Of a stretch of 64,000 nt of DNA, positions 49,074 through 59,396 are shown in pieces. The stretch is taken from IMG/VR virus record IMGVR_UViG_3300026512_000002, positions 163,697-227,696 of that record; one strand, written 5' to 3'. Below the pieces are notes generated by a model. It was not told where the DNA came from and did no database searches. It worked only from the letters and a program-made list of their open reading frames with translations. The position numbers and the translations under genes are program-made. How positions within the stretch are numbered: the first letter of the stretch is position 1; each line of letters opens with the position of its first letter.

Positions 49074-50925
49074 CTAAACCCTCATTTAATAAAACTTTAT
49101 CAATAACACTACATATTTCCGAAATATTAGGTAAACCCATATACTCGTTACCAAGATTTATATAATCTCCAGATATAATTGCCTCAGTGAAATTAGCACC
49201 AATATTTAAAACAATATCATTTTCATCTACTTTCATAATAATGTTTTGCCTTAATAAGGAATCGCTAACACCATGTGTCTTATATTTTTTAACAATTTCT
49301 ATAGACCCAATAAGATTACCAACATCAATAAAGAATGCAACAATATTAGATGGGTACTGTGAAGATAAATCAGCATCTGAAACATTATCAAAAATCTTAC
49401 TAGATCTAAAATAATCCATCAATAGTACACCGACATTATCCAACCTTTTAGGATTCGCAACAAATCCACCTTTAAGAATTGTTTTAAAATCATCGTCAAT
49501 ATCACTTGCTACACTAGAAGTGTTAACATTATCCTCAGTATCGCTATCAAATAAATGTCTGTTATTGGATAATATATAACCAACACTTTCATAAAATATT
49601 CTAACCATATTTGGCAATGTGGTTGTTTTTTTCATAACTTTTTCAGGTCTAGTTCCACTGATATCTGATAAAAGGAACAATGTCTCTAAATGACTTTTAA
49701 GCTTCTCAATACGATAACACAATATTGTATCATGAACATTATATTTTATAAAATTAATATGCTCTTTATACCACGCATTAGTAACATTAACACCATCTCC
49801 AAAAGTATCTTTAACATCATCTAAATAAACTTGAGATATATGATCTAATTTATAACTAACCTCTTGCTTATTCCTAGTCATTTCAGCAAACACATATTGT
49901 TGGTCCAAATATACTGTGTGTCCGGGTATTTTAAAATAATGATCTTTATTTATTGGTTTAAACCCATTAGACTTTTTATAAAGTATTGGGCTTTTCACAA
50001 CATTGCGTAACGATGGTTCGATAACAATATCGTTTACCTTTTTATCAAAATGATATATAGTAAATCTTTTCTCTTTACGACTCGGCAACAGCTCACCTCT
50101 ACCCAATAATTGTTGTATTCTAGAAAGAATATATGGCATATCGTAATCGTTACTATTCCATCCAACAACATAATCAAACATGTTAACATGTATTATGTTG
50201 AAAAATTTTTTCAACAACTTTAACTCACTATTAAATGGTAATATATTGACAGACTCTATATTAGTTAATTTCTTTTCCCTTTTAAATATCTCTATCTCAA
50301 TAGATTTTCTAAATTCAACATCTGTCGCTATTCGTAAAGAATCTTCGATATCCGGATATGTTAAAACTAAAACTACAATTTTATTATTACAATGTATAGA
50401 TATAGCGTTTATTCTACCAGCAGCCTTTATAGGGTCTACTTTTCCAACAACTTCATTTTCAATATCATAATACATTATGTTTAATAAATCAGCATCAATT
50501 GATGTTTCATATTTATTTTTAAAAATTTTACGATAAAAATCCTCAATGTTAATATCACTACCATGTATATTTGGATTATCAGCTATTACCTTTTTAAACC
50601 CAGATCTTTTTTTATTAGCAACTAGTTTGTTATATATGTCAATAGTTCCTGTGTTGCGAGCTATATCCACATATAATTTATCATATTCGCACACATGCAC
50701 GGTGGTATGGTTAGCTGGTATTTCCTTAACAGGTATCTTTATCTTGTAATTGTCTTTTGTTAAATAGTATTTAAATTTAGGTTTTTCAATAATTCGTATC
50801 TCTTTACTATTATCATCATATTTCACAGACATTATCATTTTACTAACATTTTTATTACCATAACCTCTATCATAAAATGTGTTTATAATAGAAGCTCCAA
50901 CGTTATTATTATTATTATTAATCAT
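49063..50925 (-). CDS. Family B DNA polymerase, exonuclease plus motif A half
   Basis: YYDIENE (ExoI), VGWNSNDYDMPYI (ExoII), YNVHD (ExoIII), DLSSQYPS (motif A); no motif B or C. Start ATG 50925 after GAGG. Confidence 0.85.
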   Translation of the reverse strand: MINNNNNNVGASIINTFYDRGYGNKNVSKMIMSVKYDDNSKEIRIIEKPKFKYYLTKDNYKIKIPVKEIPANHTTVHVCEYDKLYVDIARNTGTIDIYNKLVANKKRSGFKKVIADNPNIHGSDINIEDFYRKIFKNKYETSIDADLLNIMYYDIENEVVGKVDPIKAAGRINAISIHCNNKIVVLVLTYPDIEDSLRIATDVEFRKSIEIEIFKREKKLTNIESVNILPFNSELKLLKKFFNIIHVNMFDYVVGWNSNDYDMPYILSRIQQLLGRGELLPSRKEKRFTIYHFDKKVNDIVIEPSLRNVVKSPILYKKSNGFKPINKDHYFKIPGHTVYLDQQYVFAEMTRNKQEVSYKLDHISQVYLDDVKDTFGDGVNVTNAWYKEHINFIKYNVHDTILCYRIEKLKSHLETLFLLSDISGTRPEKVMKKTTTLPNMVRIFYESVGYILSNNRHLFDSDTEDNVNTSSVASDIDDDFKTILKGGFVANPKRLDNVGVLLMDYFRSSKIFDNVSDADLSSQYPSNIVAFFIDVGNLIGSIEIVKKYKTHGVSDSLLRQNIIMKVDENDIVLNIGANFTEAIISGDYINLGNEYMGLPNISEICSVIDKVLLNEGLDGK

Positions 50926-50936
50926 ATTTCCTCTTA

Positions 50937-52847
50937 TCAAACTTCGATGATGTTAGTAAGTTGGTTAACATTGTTAACTTGAACAACTTCGATACCCATA
51001 GACATTATAATTTTAGTAAAATGTGACATTACTTTATCTGTAGCTTTCTGAGTATCAATAAATGGTCTAACCCATTCTGGTGTAATGGAACATGTTCTAG
51101 GTATAGCAATATATTCAAAACCATATGTAGATAAATGTTCATTATCAAATATTGTTTCAGTTATCACCTTTTTAATATTATCGGGTAATTCTGATTTATT
51201 AAATATTTCTAATTTTTTCATATTAGCAACAATCTTATATATTCGAACCGAATCACCAAATTCAATCCTATCATTATCATCACAAATAGCATTCCATACT
51301 ATAGAACCTTTAACAACAGCTTGAGTATAAGGATTAACATATTCCGCTAAACCTTTAAGCGTTGCATTGGAAGCATATTTTAATGAACCACCCATAATAT
51401 CTTCAACGATCTTATTTTTAATAGATAAAATTTTCTGCAACACTAATGGGACATCAATAACTTCTGGAAGTAGAATATAATTATTGATTATAGAACTTAT
51501 TTCTTCTGTAACACCCACATTAACAGCAGATTTTTTAAAACTCATACCTTTAATATCAATATTCGGTTTAGCTAACAATTTACCTTCTCTTGATGAGATT
51601 AAAGATATATAATTCTTTTTATTTTCCGTCATAATTATTCTATCAATAACAAATTCGTTTTTCATATTTATATAATGTCTATAATCACTAGGAACATTCA
51701 TCGTTTCCGTTAATGTGTATAATAATTTAGACAAATATTTAGACACAATATATATTAACGATCCTAATATACTATATCTACCACCAACATCTTTATTTTC
51801 ATAAGGCTTATAAATCTGATAATACATGTTAAGATATACGAAAACACTATCAGTATCAGTGTGAACTATATTTCTTTTAAGCAGAATTTCATTGGCTAAC
51901 TCATATCTATTTCTTTTAAAACTATATGATACAACATACCGATCTATTAATTTCCATAACATCTCCAATGATTTAAGCGCTGGAGATTCTTCTTTTTTAA
52001 TAAATTTATTAACTTCACTAATATCGTCTTTAAGAATATTTATTATAAGTTTATTAATAGCACTCAATTTTATAAATTCATAAAAATTGTTCCTATAATA
52101 CAAATTTATTAACTGTGTATTGCTTAAAGATCTTATAAGATCTTCAACTTTATAAAACAATTCACTATCACCTCTATATGCTAGTTTAAAATGTTCTATA
52201 ACTCTATCATATGTAATATTAGAAATTTCATCATTATTCATAAATGTTAATATCTTCTCATCAGCTATAGAGTACTTGTTAATATAGATAATTATATCTG
52301 TAAATGACATATATAATATATTGCCAAACATGCTTTCAATACCGATAATAACCGTTGTAATAACAGTTTGTCCAGTCATCGTTACAGCATTGGCTATTGT
52401 AAAATCATTTAAAACAGAACCTCGTAAACCTAAAACACCATAATATGAGTTAGTAAATTCTTTCCACACTCTCTGCAAACCATCATATTTCTTATATAAC
52501 CTGTCATTTTCATCATACTGGAACATAGTTTTCTTATATTTCTTACGAGAATTCATAAAAAACAATATTAGTTTAGCTGCTAGATTATCTATATTAGAAT
52601 CAAATAGCGCACCATTACCTGTGATAACAGGTTTTTTCTCAACCAACATATTAAATATACTTAACACATCAGTATTAGTGTACCTATGTCGATATTCATT
52701 AACTATTCTAGCATTCATTGGTTTTAAATGTTTATTATATTCGTTAAGACATATTTTCAACAACTTCTTATTATCAACATCCGGATATAACGGTAGTAGT
52801 TGATTATACATAGTCTCTATGTATTTCTTTTTAAAATGATCCTTCAT
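50937..52847 (-). CDS. Family B DNA polymerase, motif B/C half
   Basis: WKEFTNSYYGVLG (motif B), HTDTDSVF (motif C), KKNYISL. Start ATG 52847 after GAGG. Confidence 0.85.
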   Translation of the reverse strand: MKDHFKKKYIETMYNQLLPLYPDVDNKKLLKICLNEYNKHLKPMNARIVNEYRHRYTNTDVLSIFNMLVEKKPVITGNGALFDSNIDNLAAKLILFFMNSRKKYKKTMFQYDENDRLYKKYDGLQRVWKEFTNSYYGVLGLRGSVLNDFTIANAVTMTGQTVITTVIIGIESMFGNILYMSFTDIIIYINKYSIADEKILTFMNNDEISNITYDRVIEHFKLAYRGDSELFYKVEDLIRSLSNTQLINLYYRNNFYEFIKLSAINKLIINILKDDISEVNKFIKKEESPALKSLEMLWKLIDRYVVSYSFKRNRYELANEILLKRNIVHTDTDSVFVYLNMYYQIYKPYENKDVGGRYSILGSLIYIVSKYLSKLLYTLTETMNVPSDYRHYINMKNEFVIDRIIMTENKKNYISLISSREGKLLAKPNIDIKGMSFKKSAVNVGVTEEISSIINNYILLPEVIDVPLVLQKILSIKNKIVEDIMGGSLKYASNATLKGLAEYVNPYTQAVVKGSIVWNAICDDNDRIEFGDSVRIYKIVANMKKLEIFNKSELPDNIKKVITETIFDNEHLSTYGFEYIAIPRTCSITPEWVRPFIDTQKATDKVMSHFTKIIMSMGIEVVQVNNVNQLTNIIEV

Positions 52848-52874
52848 ACTGAACCTCATTAGATATCCGGTATA

Positions 52875-52883
52875 ATAATATAT
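52875..52883 (-). promoter_or_regulatory. Putative early motif ATATATTAT
   Basis: Upstream of the polymerase operon. Confidence 0.4.
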
Positions 52884-52912
52884 ATGTAACAAAAAAACAA
52901 GTTTTTTTTTCA

Positions 52913-55900
52913 CTAAAATTCTAATAACAATTCAGTAATATCTTTTCTTAACATATCTCGTTCAACGCCTGTTCTGGGCATCTTAAAATCAAATTTGACA
53001 AAATCAGTAGTATCGTTATAAAACAATACATCTATAAAATATGTTATTACGAAATCAATATCGACTATTCCTGATAAAAATAGATCACGCAACCATTTAA
53101 CAATATCTCCAAAAATCTCAGCTATTTTATTCTGGCAACTAGAACATAGTTTTATATCGCCAGGCATATCAGCAGCCCTAACCAATGCGTTAAAATCAAA
53201 TGAATCAACTTCTAATTTACTACAAATTTTACCAATATCGTTATTTATAGCATCCTTAATCTTAGTTTTATACTGCTCGCCTTTTTTCTTAATAGCATCA
53301 TACTTTACACTAGTTTCGATTTTTTCTTTTGACCAATCTATACTATCATCAGTTTTTTTTGTAATTTTTTTACGCAATCCACTTGGTTTGAAATGATTAG
53401 TTGTATCATATGCTTTTTTTCTCAATGCAGTAATACCACTATCACCACCACTACTATTTTTTTTTGGTGGTCTTTTAGGACGTATTTTATTCTCATATTC
53501 CTCATCATATTCAGAACCCAATATTGAATGACCATTCAAACTTTCACTATATCCACTATCATATGATGTACTGTATATAGATCCATTACTTTTACCAACT
53601 TTAGATTGGGTATATAATAAATCCGAACTTTTCTTTTTATATTTTTTTAAAACATCCTCTATTTGATCAATCATGCTGACTTTTTTAGCATAATCATCTA
53701 GATCATTACGAGTATCTGTTACAAATTTTTTGGTAAACTCAATCATCTTCATTGCTTTTTTATCGCTTTTAGGCCTTTTAAATTCTAAACAACGTGGGCA
53801 AAAAAACCACAATGAGTTACGTTTAGCCTCATCATATGTTGCATAAACATTATCCCTATTCACCACTACAGATATTAACGGTACAGTGGGTATATATGGT
53901 GGTTGATAAGCAGATATTGATGGTACTGGGTTTATTAGAACTTTAGCATCCACACCACCTGTTAGTAGTTCACCTTCAATACTAGCCCAATTAGAACCCA
54001 CCATTTTACCAGTTGATGAACTATCATATTCTATACTTGTCAATATACCCCTATTTATTACATTAACAGGTGATTTGCCCAATCTGGTGGTAACCCATAC
54101 ATCATCACCTACATGCATATTGATAGCAGTGCTATTAATAACTTTTATAGTATAATCCAATACTATTGATTTAGATCTTTTATCAATAACATATTGTTTT
54201 TTAGGTACAAGTCTGAGTTTAGGGTATTTTTTAGTAATAATATCTGCCAATACATTATTAAACAAACCATTATTATATATGTGATGGAATTTAACATAAA
54301 CCCCATTATTATCAGAAGTTTTGTTAGTATTCTCAATATTCTGATATTCAATATTTACAGTGACGACATCATCGTTTATATTAACATTCTTACACCGAAC
54401 ACCATCTATTTCTATACCAAGTAACATATCTTTTAAACTACCAAACACACTATCAACATATTCAGTAACCTTAGTTTCATATTTTGATGATGATAAATAC
54501 AACCAATTCTGTTTTATTTTAATACCATATTGTTTCAAATTATCATATATTTCTTTTTTATCAATATTTAATGTTACTAAAGTATTTACATCACCGTTAT
54601 TATCATTATAAAGATTAATATCTAAAATATTATAGGAATCAGATATAAACCATGTACCAACACTTCTTCTCATTAACTTATCTTTAACCATAGCAGTATC
54701 TATACTTGGTGCAGGTGTACTCAAATCACCATACATGGTTTCAATAATAGGTGCTATTGTAAAGATATATTTACCACTAAATTTTAATTCTGATTTATCA
54801 AAACTTATAGGCAATTCACCATATACTGTTTCACCCATATAACTATACACCATTTCCTTAATAGGATAATATCGTTCTATAACAAAATTATCATTATTTT
54901 TAGCACATCTAATTACAACAAAAGCACCTATTAATCTAAATGATCTATCAGAATTAACTTTTAATATGAAATCATGTACCTCATCATCAATAAAATATCT
55001 CTTTTCCGATAAATTTTTATCAACATTTTTTAATTTATCTATAGCTCGTTCAGCAAACTCAGTTTCTATTTTAAATATTTTAGGCTTTAATAACGGATTA
55101 TATGCAGCATATGTCATATGGGTATATTGCGAGGTATTTTTATTTTTTACACCAATATCTAACGTATATACATCATTAGTTGTCTTATCAAATTTCACAT
55201 CGTTTAAATAAATCTTGTTTGTATTATCACAGTTTTTATCATATGTTTGTATTTTATTCCTATCACGATATGTGTTTATCGTAACATGATAATCATTAAC
55301 ACCACCACTTAATTTCAAATATGGCAAATCCGTTGAAATCTCCAACCATGGTTCCCCAACTCTACCACTATTTATGTCCGAACACAATATTGCTTCACTA
55401 ATAACAATATCTTCAGTTTCATCTATGAATGATAAACTAATACTAAATACATTACCACCATTTTTAAGCTGCGATTTCAAAACCTTAACACTAAATAACA
55501 TTTCATATTCACCATCACTATTCGTTGCTCCTAATTGTGATCGCAATTCATCACCGCTTATAACATTAACAGGTTCATGTTGTGTAAATAAATTAGTATG
55601 AACCATTGTAATATTAAGGATGTTTTTTATCAGTTTCATATCATTGGTCTTAACAACACCATGTAACACAGTATAAACATCTGTTGATATTGCTGGAATT
55701 ATTACAACAAGTCCTCCAGAATTGGATGTCAGTGTCATTATTTGATCAACTATAACTTTACCACTAGTCACCAATTTAACATCGTTAGGATCGAAATTAC
55801 CATCAATAAAATCAAGATATTTACCATATACTGATTTAATAACATTTTCCCTTTTATATGTTCTATAATATGTTGAAAAAGAATTTATTGTCTTATATTG

Positions 55901-56788
55901 ATCTATGGTATATTTGATATTAACAGTATCGTCATCAACAGTGTTAGCAGAAATATGATATTTACCATCATTAATATCATCACCATATTTATCCAATAAT
56001 ACTTGCATAGCTCTTTTTATAAAATCATCTGTATTTTCACCAGACAACCTCTTAACATCCAAATTTCGTTTCACTTTAAATTGAAATGCTCCAAATTTTA
56101 CACTATCGCCAGCAACTTCACTAGGGTTAAATAGATCGCTAACATACCCATAGCATCTAGGACAAACCATATCCGAAGGAACATCACTACTCCTCATAAA
56201 TGTTTGTCTACATATTACACATTTATTACCACTACCAGCATATGCTTCAGCATCAGTTTTAGTTAGAAAAACACGACTAGTTGGTAACGTTTGCTTAATA
56301 ACAGAGTTGCCGGATTTAATAGCAACCACCACATTACTGGTAAAAGCACTTTTAAAATCCTCAATACGTATACCTGATAAATCCCTACCGATAATAAAGC
56401 CCAATGCTTTAAAATCTATTAAGTTAAATACAAAATCCAACATATTATCAGCATATGCTTTAAATGGTATAACCCCGGTTATTTTAGAAGTTTTATTTAT
56501 AGCATCTGTAACAGGTTTTAATTTATTCATCATTTTATCAAATTTATCATTTATACCATATCTATCATCAGCTTTTTCAGCTAACCATGAGTTAACATCA
56601 AAGGCATTAACTTGTTCAACGATTCTACCATATGATGTAATCGCGCCATTAATAACGTCTATCACAGCAGGATATGCCGGTAAACCAGGTATAGTTGTTA
56701 AGATAGACATCACAGGTGATTGTATGCCTAATAAATAACTTTTTTTAACCATACGATTATACACAACATACACTTCGCTACCAATCAT
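52913..56788 (-). CDS. Large multidomain late protein with Cys clusters
   Basis: About 1290 aa; CVIC...CPRC, CPRC and C..CSSC clusters; late motif upstream; start ATG 56788 or GTG 56818. Confidence 0.7.
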   Translation of the reverse strand: MIGSEVYVVYNRMVKKSYLLGIQSPVMSILTTIPGLPAYPAVIDVINGAITSYGRIVEQVNAFDVNSWLAEKADDRYGINDKFDKMMNKLKPVTDAINKTSKITGVIPFKAYADNMLDFVFNLIDFKALGFIIGRDLSGIRIEDFKSAFTSNVVVAIKSGNSVIKQTLPTSRVFLTKTDAEAYAGSGNKCVICRQTFMRSSDVPSDMVCPRCYGYVSDLFNPSEVAGDSVKFGAFQFKVKRNLDVKRLSGENTDDFIKRAMQVLLDKYGDDINDGKYHISANTVDDDTVNIKYTIDQYKTINSFSTYYRTYKRENVIKSVYGKYLDFIDGNFDPNDVKLVTSGKVIVDQIMTLTSNSGGLVVIIPAISTDVYTVLHGVVKTNDMKLIKNILNITMVHTNLFTQHEPVNVISGDELRSQLGATNSDGEYEMLFSVKVLKSQLKNGGNVFSISLSFIDETEDIVISEAILCSDINSGRVGEPWLEISTDLPYLKLSGGVNDYHVTINTYRDRNKIQTYDKNCDNTNKIYLNDVKFDKTTNDVYTLDIGVKNKNTSQYTHMTYAAYNPLLKPKIFKIETEFAERAIDKLKNVDKNLSEKRYFIDDEVHDFILKVNSDRSFRLIGAFVVIRCAKNNDNFVIERYYPIKEMVYSYMGETVYGELPISFDKSELKFSGKYIFTIAPIIETMYGDLSTPAPSIDTAMVKDKLMRRSVGTWFISDSYNILDINLYNDNNGDVNTLVTLNIDKKEIYDNLKQYGIKIKQNWLYLSSSKYETKVTEYVDSVFGSLKDMLLGIEIDGVRCKNVNINDDVVTVNIEYQNIENTNKTSDNNGVYVKFHHIYNNGLFNNVLADIITKKYPKLRLVPKKQYVIDKRSKSIVLDYTIKVINSTAINMHVGDDVWVTTRLGKSPVNVINRGILTSIEYDSSSTGKMVGSNWASIEGELLTGGVDAKVLINPVPSISAYQPPYIPTVPLISVVVNRDNVYATYDEAKRNSLWFFCPRCLEFKRPKSDKKAMKMIEFTKKFVTDTRNDLDDYAKKVSMIDQIEDVLKKYKKKSSDLLYTQSKVGKSNGSIYSTSYDSGYSESLNGHSILGSEYDEEYENKIRPKRPPKKNSSGGDSGITALRKKAYDTTNHFKPSGLRKKITKKTDDSIDWSKEKIETSVKYDAIKKKGEQYKTKIKDAINNDIGKICSKLEVDSFDFNALVRAADMPGDIKLCSSCQNKIAEIFGDIVKWLRDLFLSGIVDIDFVITYFIDVLFYNDTTDFVKFDFKMPRTGVERDMLRKDITELLLEF

Positions 56789-56824
56789 TAAATTATACAA
56801 AGGACCTCCAAACAACACATTTAT

Positions 56825-56836
56825 TATAAACTTGTT
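56825..56836 (-). promoter_or_regulatory. Putative late promoter AACA-N6-TA
   Basis: AACAAGTTTATA. Confidence 0.5.
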
Positions 56837-56848
56837 GCATTTAACATT

Positions 56849-56884
56849 AAAAAAAAAATAGGTGTCTAATCACCTATTTTTTTT
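56849..56884. terminator. Bidirectional intrinsic terminator
   Basis: A-run, TAGGTG / CACCTA, T-run. Confidence 0.8.
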
Positions 56885-56909
56885 AATGTTATACTAGAAC
56901 TAATAATAT

Positions 56910-57539
56910 TTATAAAATATTATTAACAGTATTGTTTAATACAACATTTTTTCCAAATTTACACAATAATGTCGCATCGAGTATTTCCTCGATAACATAT
57001 TTTGATAAATCCAATACAATTCTAACATTATTTTTAAAATGTGAAGTTTCTAAATATTCGTAAATATTACTATTATCAACATCCATTGGAACCAATATAT
57101 TGCCTACTTTGGAATGTTTACCATCATGATATAGTTTTAGTTTAAGAATAGATGGTTGAGTAGTTCTAACACCAACATCATTAATATTAATAAGTGAATT
57201 ATTATTATTATTAACTGGTCCCAATATTAAAGATTTGGCCATACTCATAGCATCTAGCGAGACATCCCATATATTATGGTATGCTAGTGGCAGTATAGTT
57301 ATAATTTCATTATTCATCATATCATACACTATAACATAAAAACTATCATCTTTCATAGAATAGAACAATGAGTGTCGTTTTTTACCATTGTCGCCTAATG
57401 GTAAAATTTTATCTTCCATCAAAATCATTTCAATATCAGATATATCTAAGCCAGTTCTTTCTGACAATCTTTGAATAGCATGTCGTGTCAGCTTATACAT
57501 AGCAGCATCTCCTGAATTACCAATCACATGTTTCTCCAT
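56910..57539 (-). CDS. Early protein with DUF4258/RelE-like (BECR) N-terminal domain
   Basis: YKLTRHAIQRLSER...YVIVYD..NNEIITILP; SD GGAGG. Confidence 0.5.
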   Translation of the reverse strand: MEKHVIGNSGDAAMYKLTRHAIQRLSERTGLDISDIEMILMEDKILPLGDNGKKRHSLFYSMKDDSFYVIVYDMMNNEIITILPLAYHNIWDVSLDAMSMAKSLILGPVNNNNNSLININDVGVRTTQPSILKLKLYHDGKHSKVGNILVPMDVDNSNIYEYLETSHFKNNVRIVLDLSKYVIEEILDATLLCKFGKNVVLNNTVNNIL

Positions 57540-57578
57540 ATAAAACCTCCTTAAAAAAATAAATATAATATCAATATC

Positions 57579-57587
57579 ATAATATAT
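57579..57587 (-). promoter_or_regulatory. Putative early motif ATATATTAT
   Basis: Upstream of 57539. Confidence 0.4.
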
Positions 57588-57795
57588 ATATCAAAGTAAT
57601 ATAAGTATTGAGCGATATATGAGTTAATATGCTATAATAATAGTAATATACAAAAACTCTTTCTTCAATAACACCCTTATCTACCAATAATATGTACTAT
57701 CTTTCACATTTCACTTCAAACCAATTTTTCCTGATGAAATAAAGAGTAGATATAAGGTTATTTTTATAATAGCTTTTTTTATAATAATAAGAAAT

Positions 57796-57807
57796 AACAT
57801 ATTTATA
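57796..57807 (+). promoter_or_regulatory. Putative late promoter AACA-N6-TA
   Basis: AACATATTTATA upstream of 57830. Confidence 0.45.
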
Positions 57808-57829
57808 ATAATTGATGAGGTTATATAAT

Positions 57830-58165
57830 ATGGATATTATACGTAAAAGACTTGAACTAAATAAAATCATGGACGACATAGCATTTGAATTAAATGAAGA
57901 ATTCTCAATATTGATGGAAGATGACATCGAAAATGATCCAATCATATTAAATATATTGGATTATGGTTTGATTACCGAAAACAGTATCGAGATGGAAAAT
58001 CTTGAACTTGAAACAAATGACAGTGTGACCAATGATGCCAATAATATAGTCTTTAAAAAAATACCTAAATATAAATTAGGTAATAGTAAGAGAAAAAAAG
58101 AGGATTACAAACTTGTAGATCCAGAAAAGTTGAAATCAATGAAAAATATATTAAACGAAGAATAG
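57830..58165 (+). CDS. Small protein, acidic N-half and basic C-half (possible head protein)
   Basis: ATG 57830 after GAGG; ELNE, LME and ITE sites. Confidence 0.65.
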   Translation: MDIIRKRLELNKIMDDIAFELNEEFSILMEDDIENDPIILNILDYGLITENSIEMENLELETNDSVTNDANNIVFKKIPKYKLGNSKRKKEDYKLVDPEKLKSMKNILNEE

Positions 58166-58187
58166 TATTTATTAAAGGAGGTTTACT

Positions 58188-58724
58188 ATGAGCAAAGCTA
58201 GCGTTTACAAATGTGTTCTACCAAAAACAGGTTTTATACCAATTCTAAGAGTATATGGTCCACTAGATCAACCATTCATATGTACAAAAATGCAATATGA
58301 GAAATTATTGGCTATGGGTTATCCTATTACAATAGTTGATAACGATCCTAAACTTAAACTAAGAAAAGAATTAGGTTTAACAATACCTAAAGATATTAAT
58401 ACTACTACATCACCAGTAAATAATGTTGAAACTAAAATTACTTCTACTGAAAAAACTAAACTAAATCAAACAAATGAAACTGAAAAAACTAAACTAAATC
58501 AAACAAATGAAACTGAAAAAACTAAACTAAATCAAACAAATGAAACTGAAAAAACTAAAACTGTTGAAAAAACACCATATGATGATTTAAAACCATACGG
58601 TGTCGGAAAATTACGCAGATTAACCTTAGCTCAATTGAAAGAATTGTCTAAAATTGAAAATTTGGAAGAACGCGACACTAAAGCTAAAAATATTGAACAA
58701 ATTTTAGATAAATATAAAAAATAA
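58188..58724 (+). CDS. Protein with 11-aa repeat linker and C-terminal HeH / Rho-N-like domain
   Basis: GFIPILRVYGPLDQP N-domain; LRRLTLAQLKELSK...TKAKNIEQIL C-domain. Confidence 0.6.
   Translation: MSKASVYKCVLPKTGFIPILRVYGPLDQPFICTKMQYEKLLAMGYPITIVDNDPKLKLRKELGLTIPKDINTTTSPVNNVETKITSTEKTKLNQTNETEKTKLNQTNETEKTKLNQTNETEKTKTVEKTPYDDLKPYGVGKLRRLTLAQLKELSKIENLEERDTKAKNIEQILDKYKK
58446..58559 (+). repeat. 33-nt tandem repeat, 3 copies plus a partial (TEKTKLNQTNE)
   Basis: ACTGAAAAAACTAAACTAAATCAAACAAATGAA, identical copies. Confidence 0.95.
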
Positions 58725-58744
58725 TTTATAAATAGGGGATTGTT

Positions 58745-58876
58745 ATGTTAAATATAGACGATTTATGTTATCTAAATGTTTGTGATTATACTACTGATAT
58801 TGAGGAATATTTTATCAATGAAATAGGATTCAAAAATACACAAGAATTGGTAAATAACATTAAATATGAAGAATAA
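58745..58876 (+). CDS. 43-aa acidic peptide (not in track)
   Basis: MLNIDDLCYLNVCDYTTDIEEYF...KYEE; AGGGGA upstream. Confidence 0.5.
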   Translation: MLNIDDLCYLNVCDYTTDIEEYFINEIGFKNTQELVNNIKYEE

Positions 58877-58913
58877 ACATTTATTATTTAACATATATTC
58901 TAGTGGTAATAAA

Positions 58914-59396
58914 ATGGAATCAAATAATAATAATAATAAAGATATATTTAAAGACATTGTCGATTTAGATGAGTTATTCGGAGAAAGCATCGATGCTTAT
59001 ACAAATGAACTGAAAATATCAGAAGAATTATACAATGAAGTTAAAAAACATTATGACAAAGTTATGACGGAATCCGTATCCAAATATATTGATTATACTG
59101 ATGGTGGAAAAGAAAAGACTAGAGAAAATCCAAGAGCTTTTGCAACACAACAATTAACCAACCTAGTTAGTCTACGAAGCCATATTGGTTCTACTATAAA
59201 GGATAGGTTTAACATTCAAAAAGAAAAAGCTGTATTAACAATACGTTTACAACAAATTATTGGTGGTGATATAGAAAGCGATGATAGTACAATTATAAAC
59301 CAACTTGTTTTAAGACTAAGTGATAACCCAATTAATAAAAAAGAGACTAAAACTGAAATAGATATAGATCTTATAAAAAAGAAAATAGATGGTTAA
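58914..59396 (+). CDS. Hypothetical protein
   Basis: Track ORF 58866-59396; ATG 58914 preferred because it avoids overlap with the small ORF. Confidence 0.6.
   Translation: MESNNNNNKDIFKDIVDLDELFGESIDAYTNELKISEELYNEVKKHYDKVMTESVSKYIDYTDGGKEKTRENPRAFATQQLTNLVSLRSHIGSTIKDRFNIQKEKAVLTIRLQQIIGGDIESDDSTIINQLVLRLSDNPINKKETKTEIDIDLIKKKIDG

Noticed and set aside
49063-52847. Intron, intein or frameshift explaining the split polymerase
   Set aside because: The halves are in reversed order with their own ribosome-binding sites, and there are no intein or homing-endonuclease motifs.
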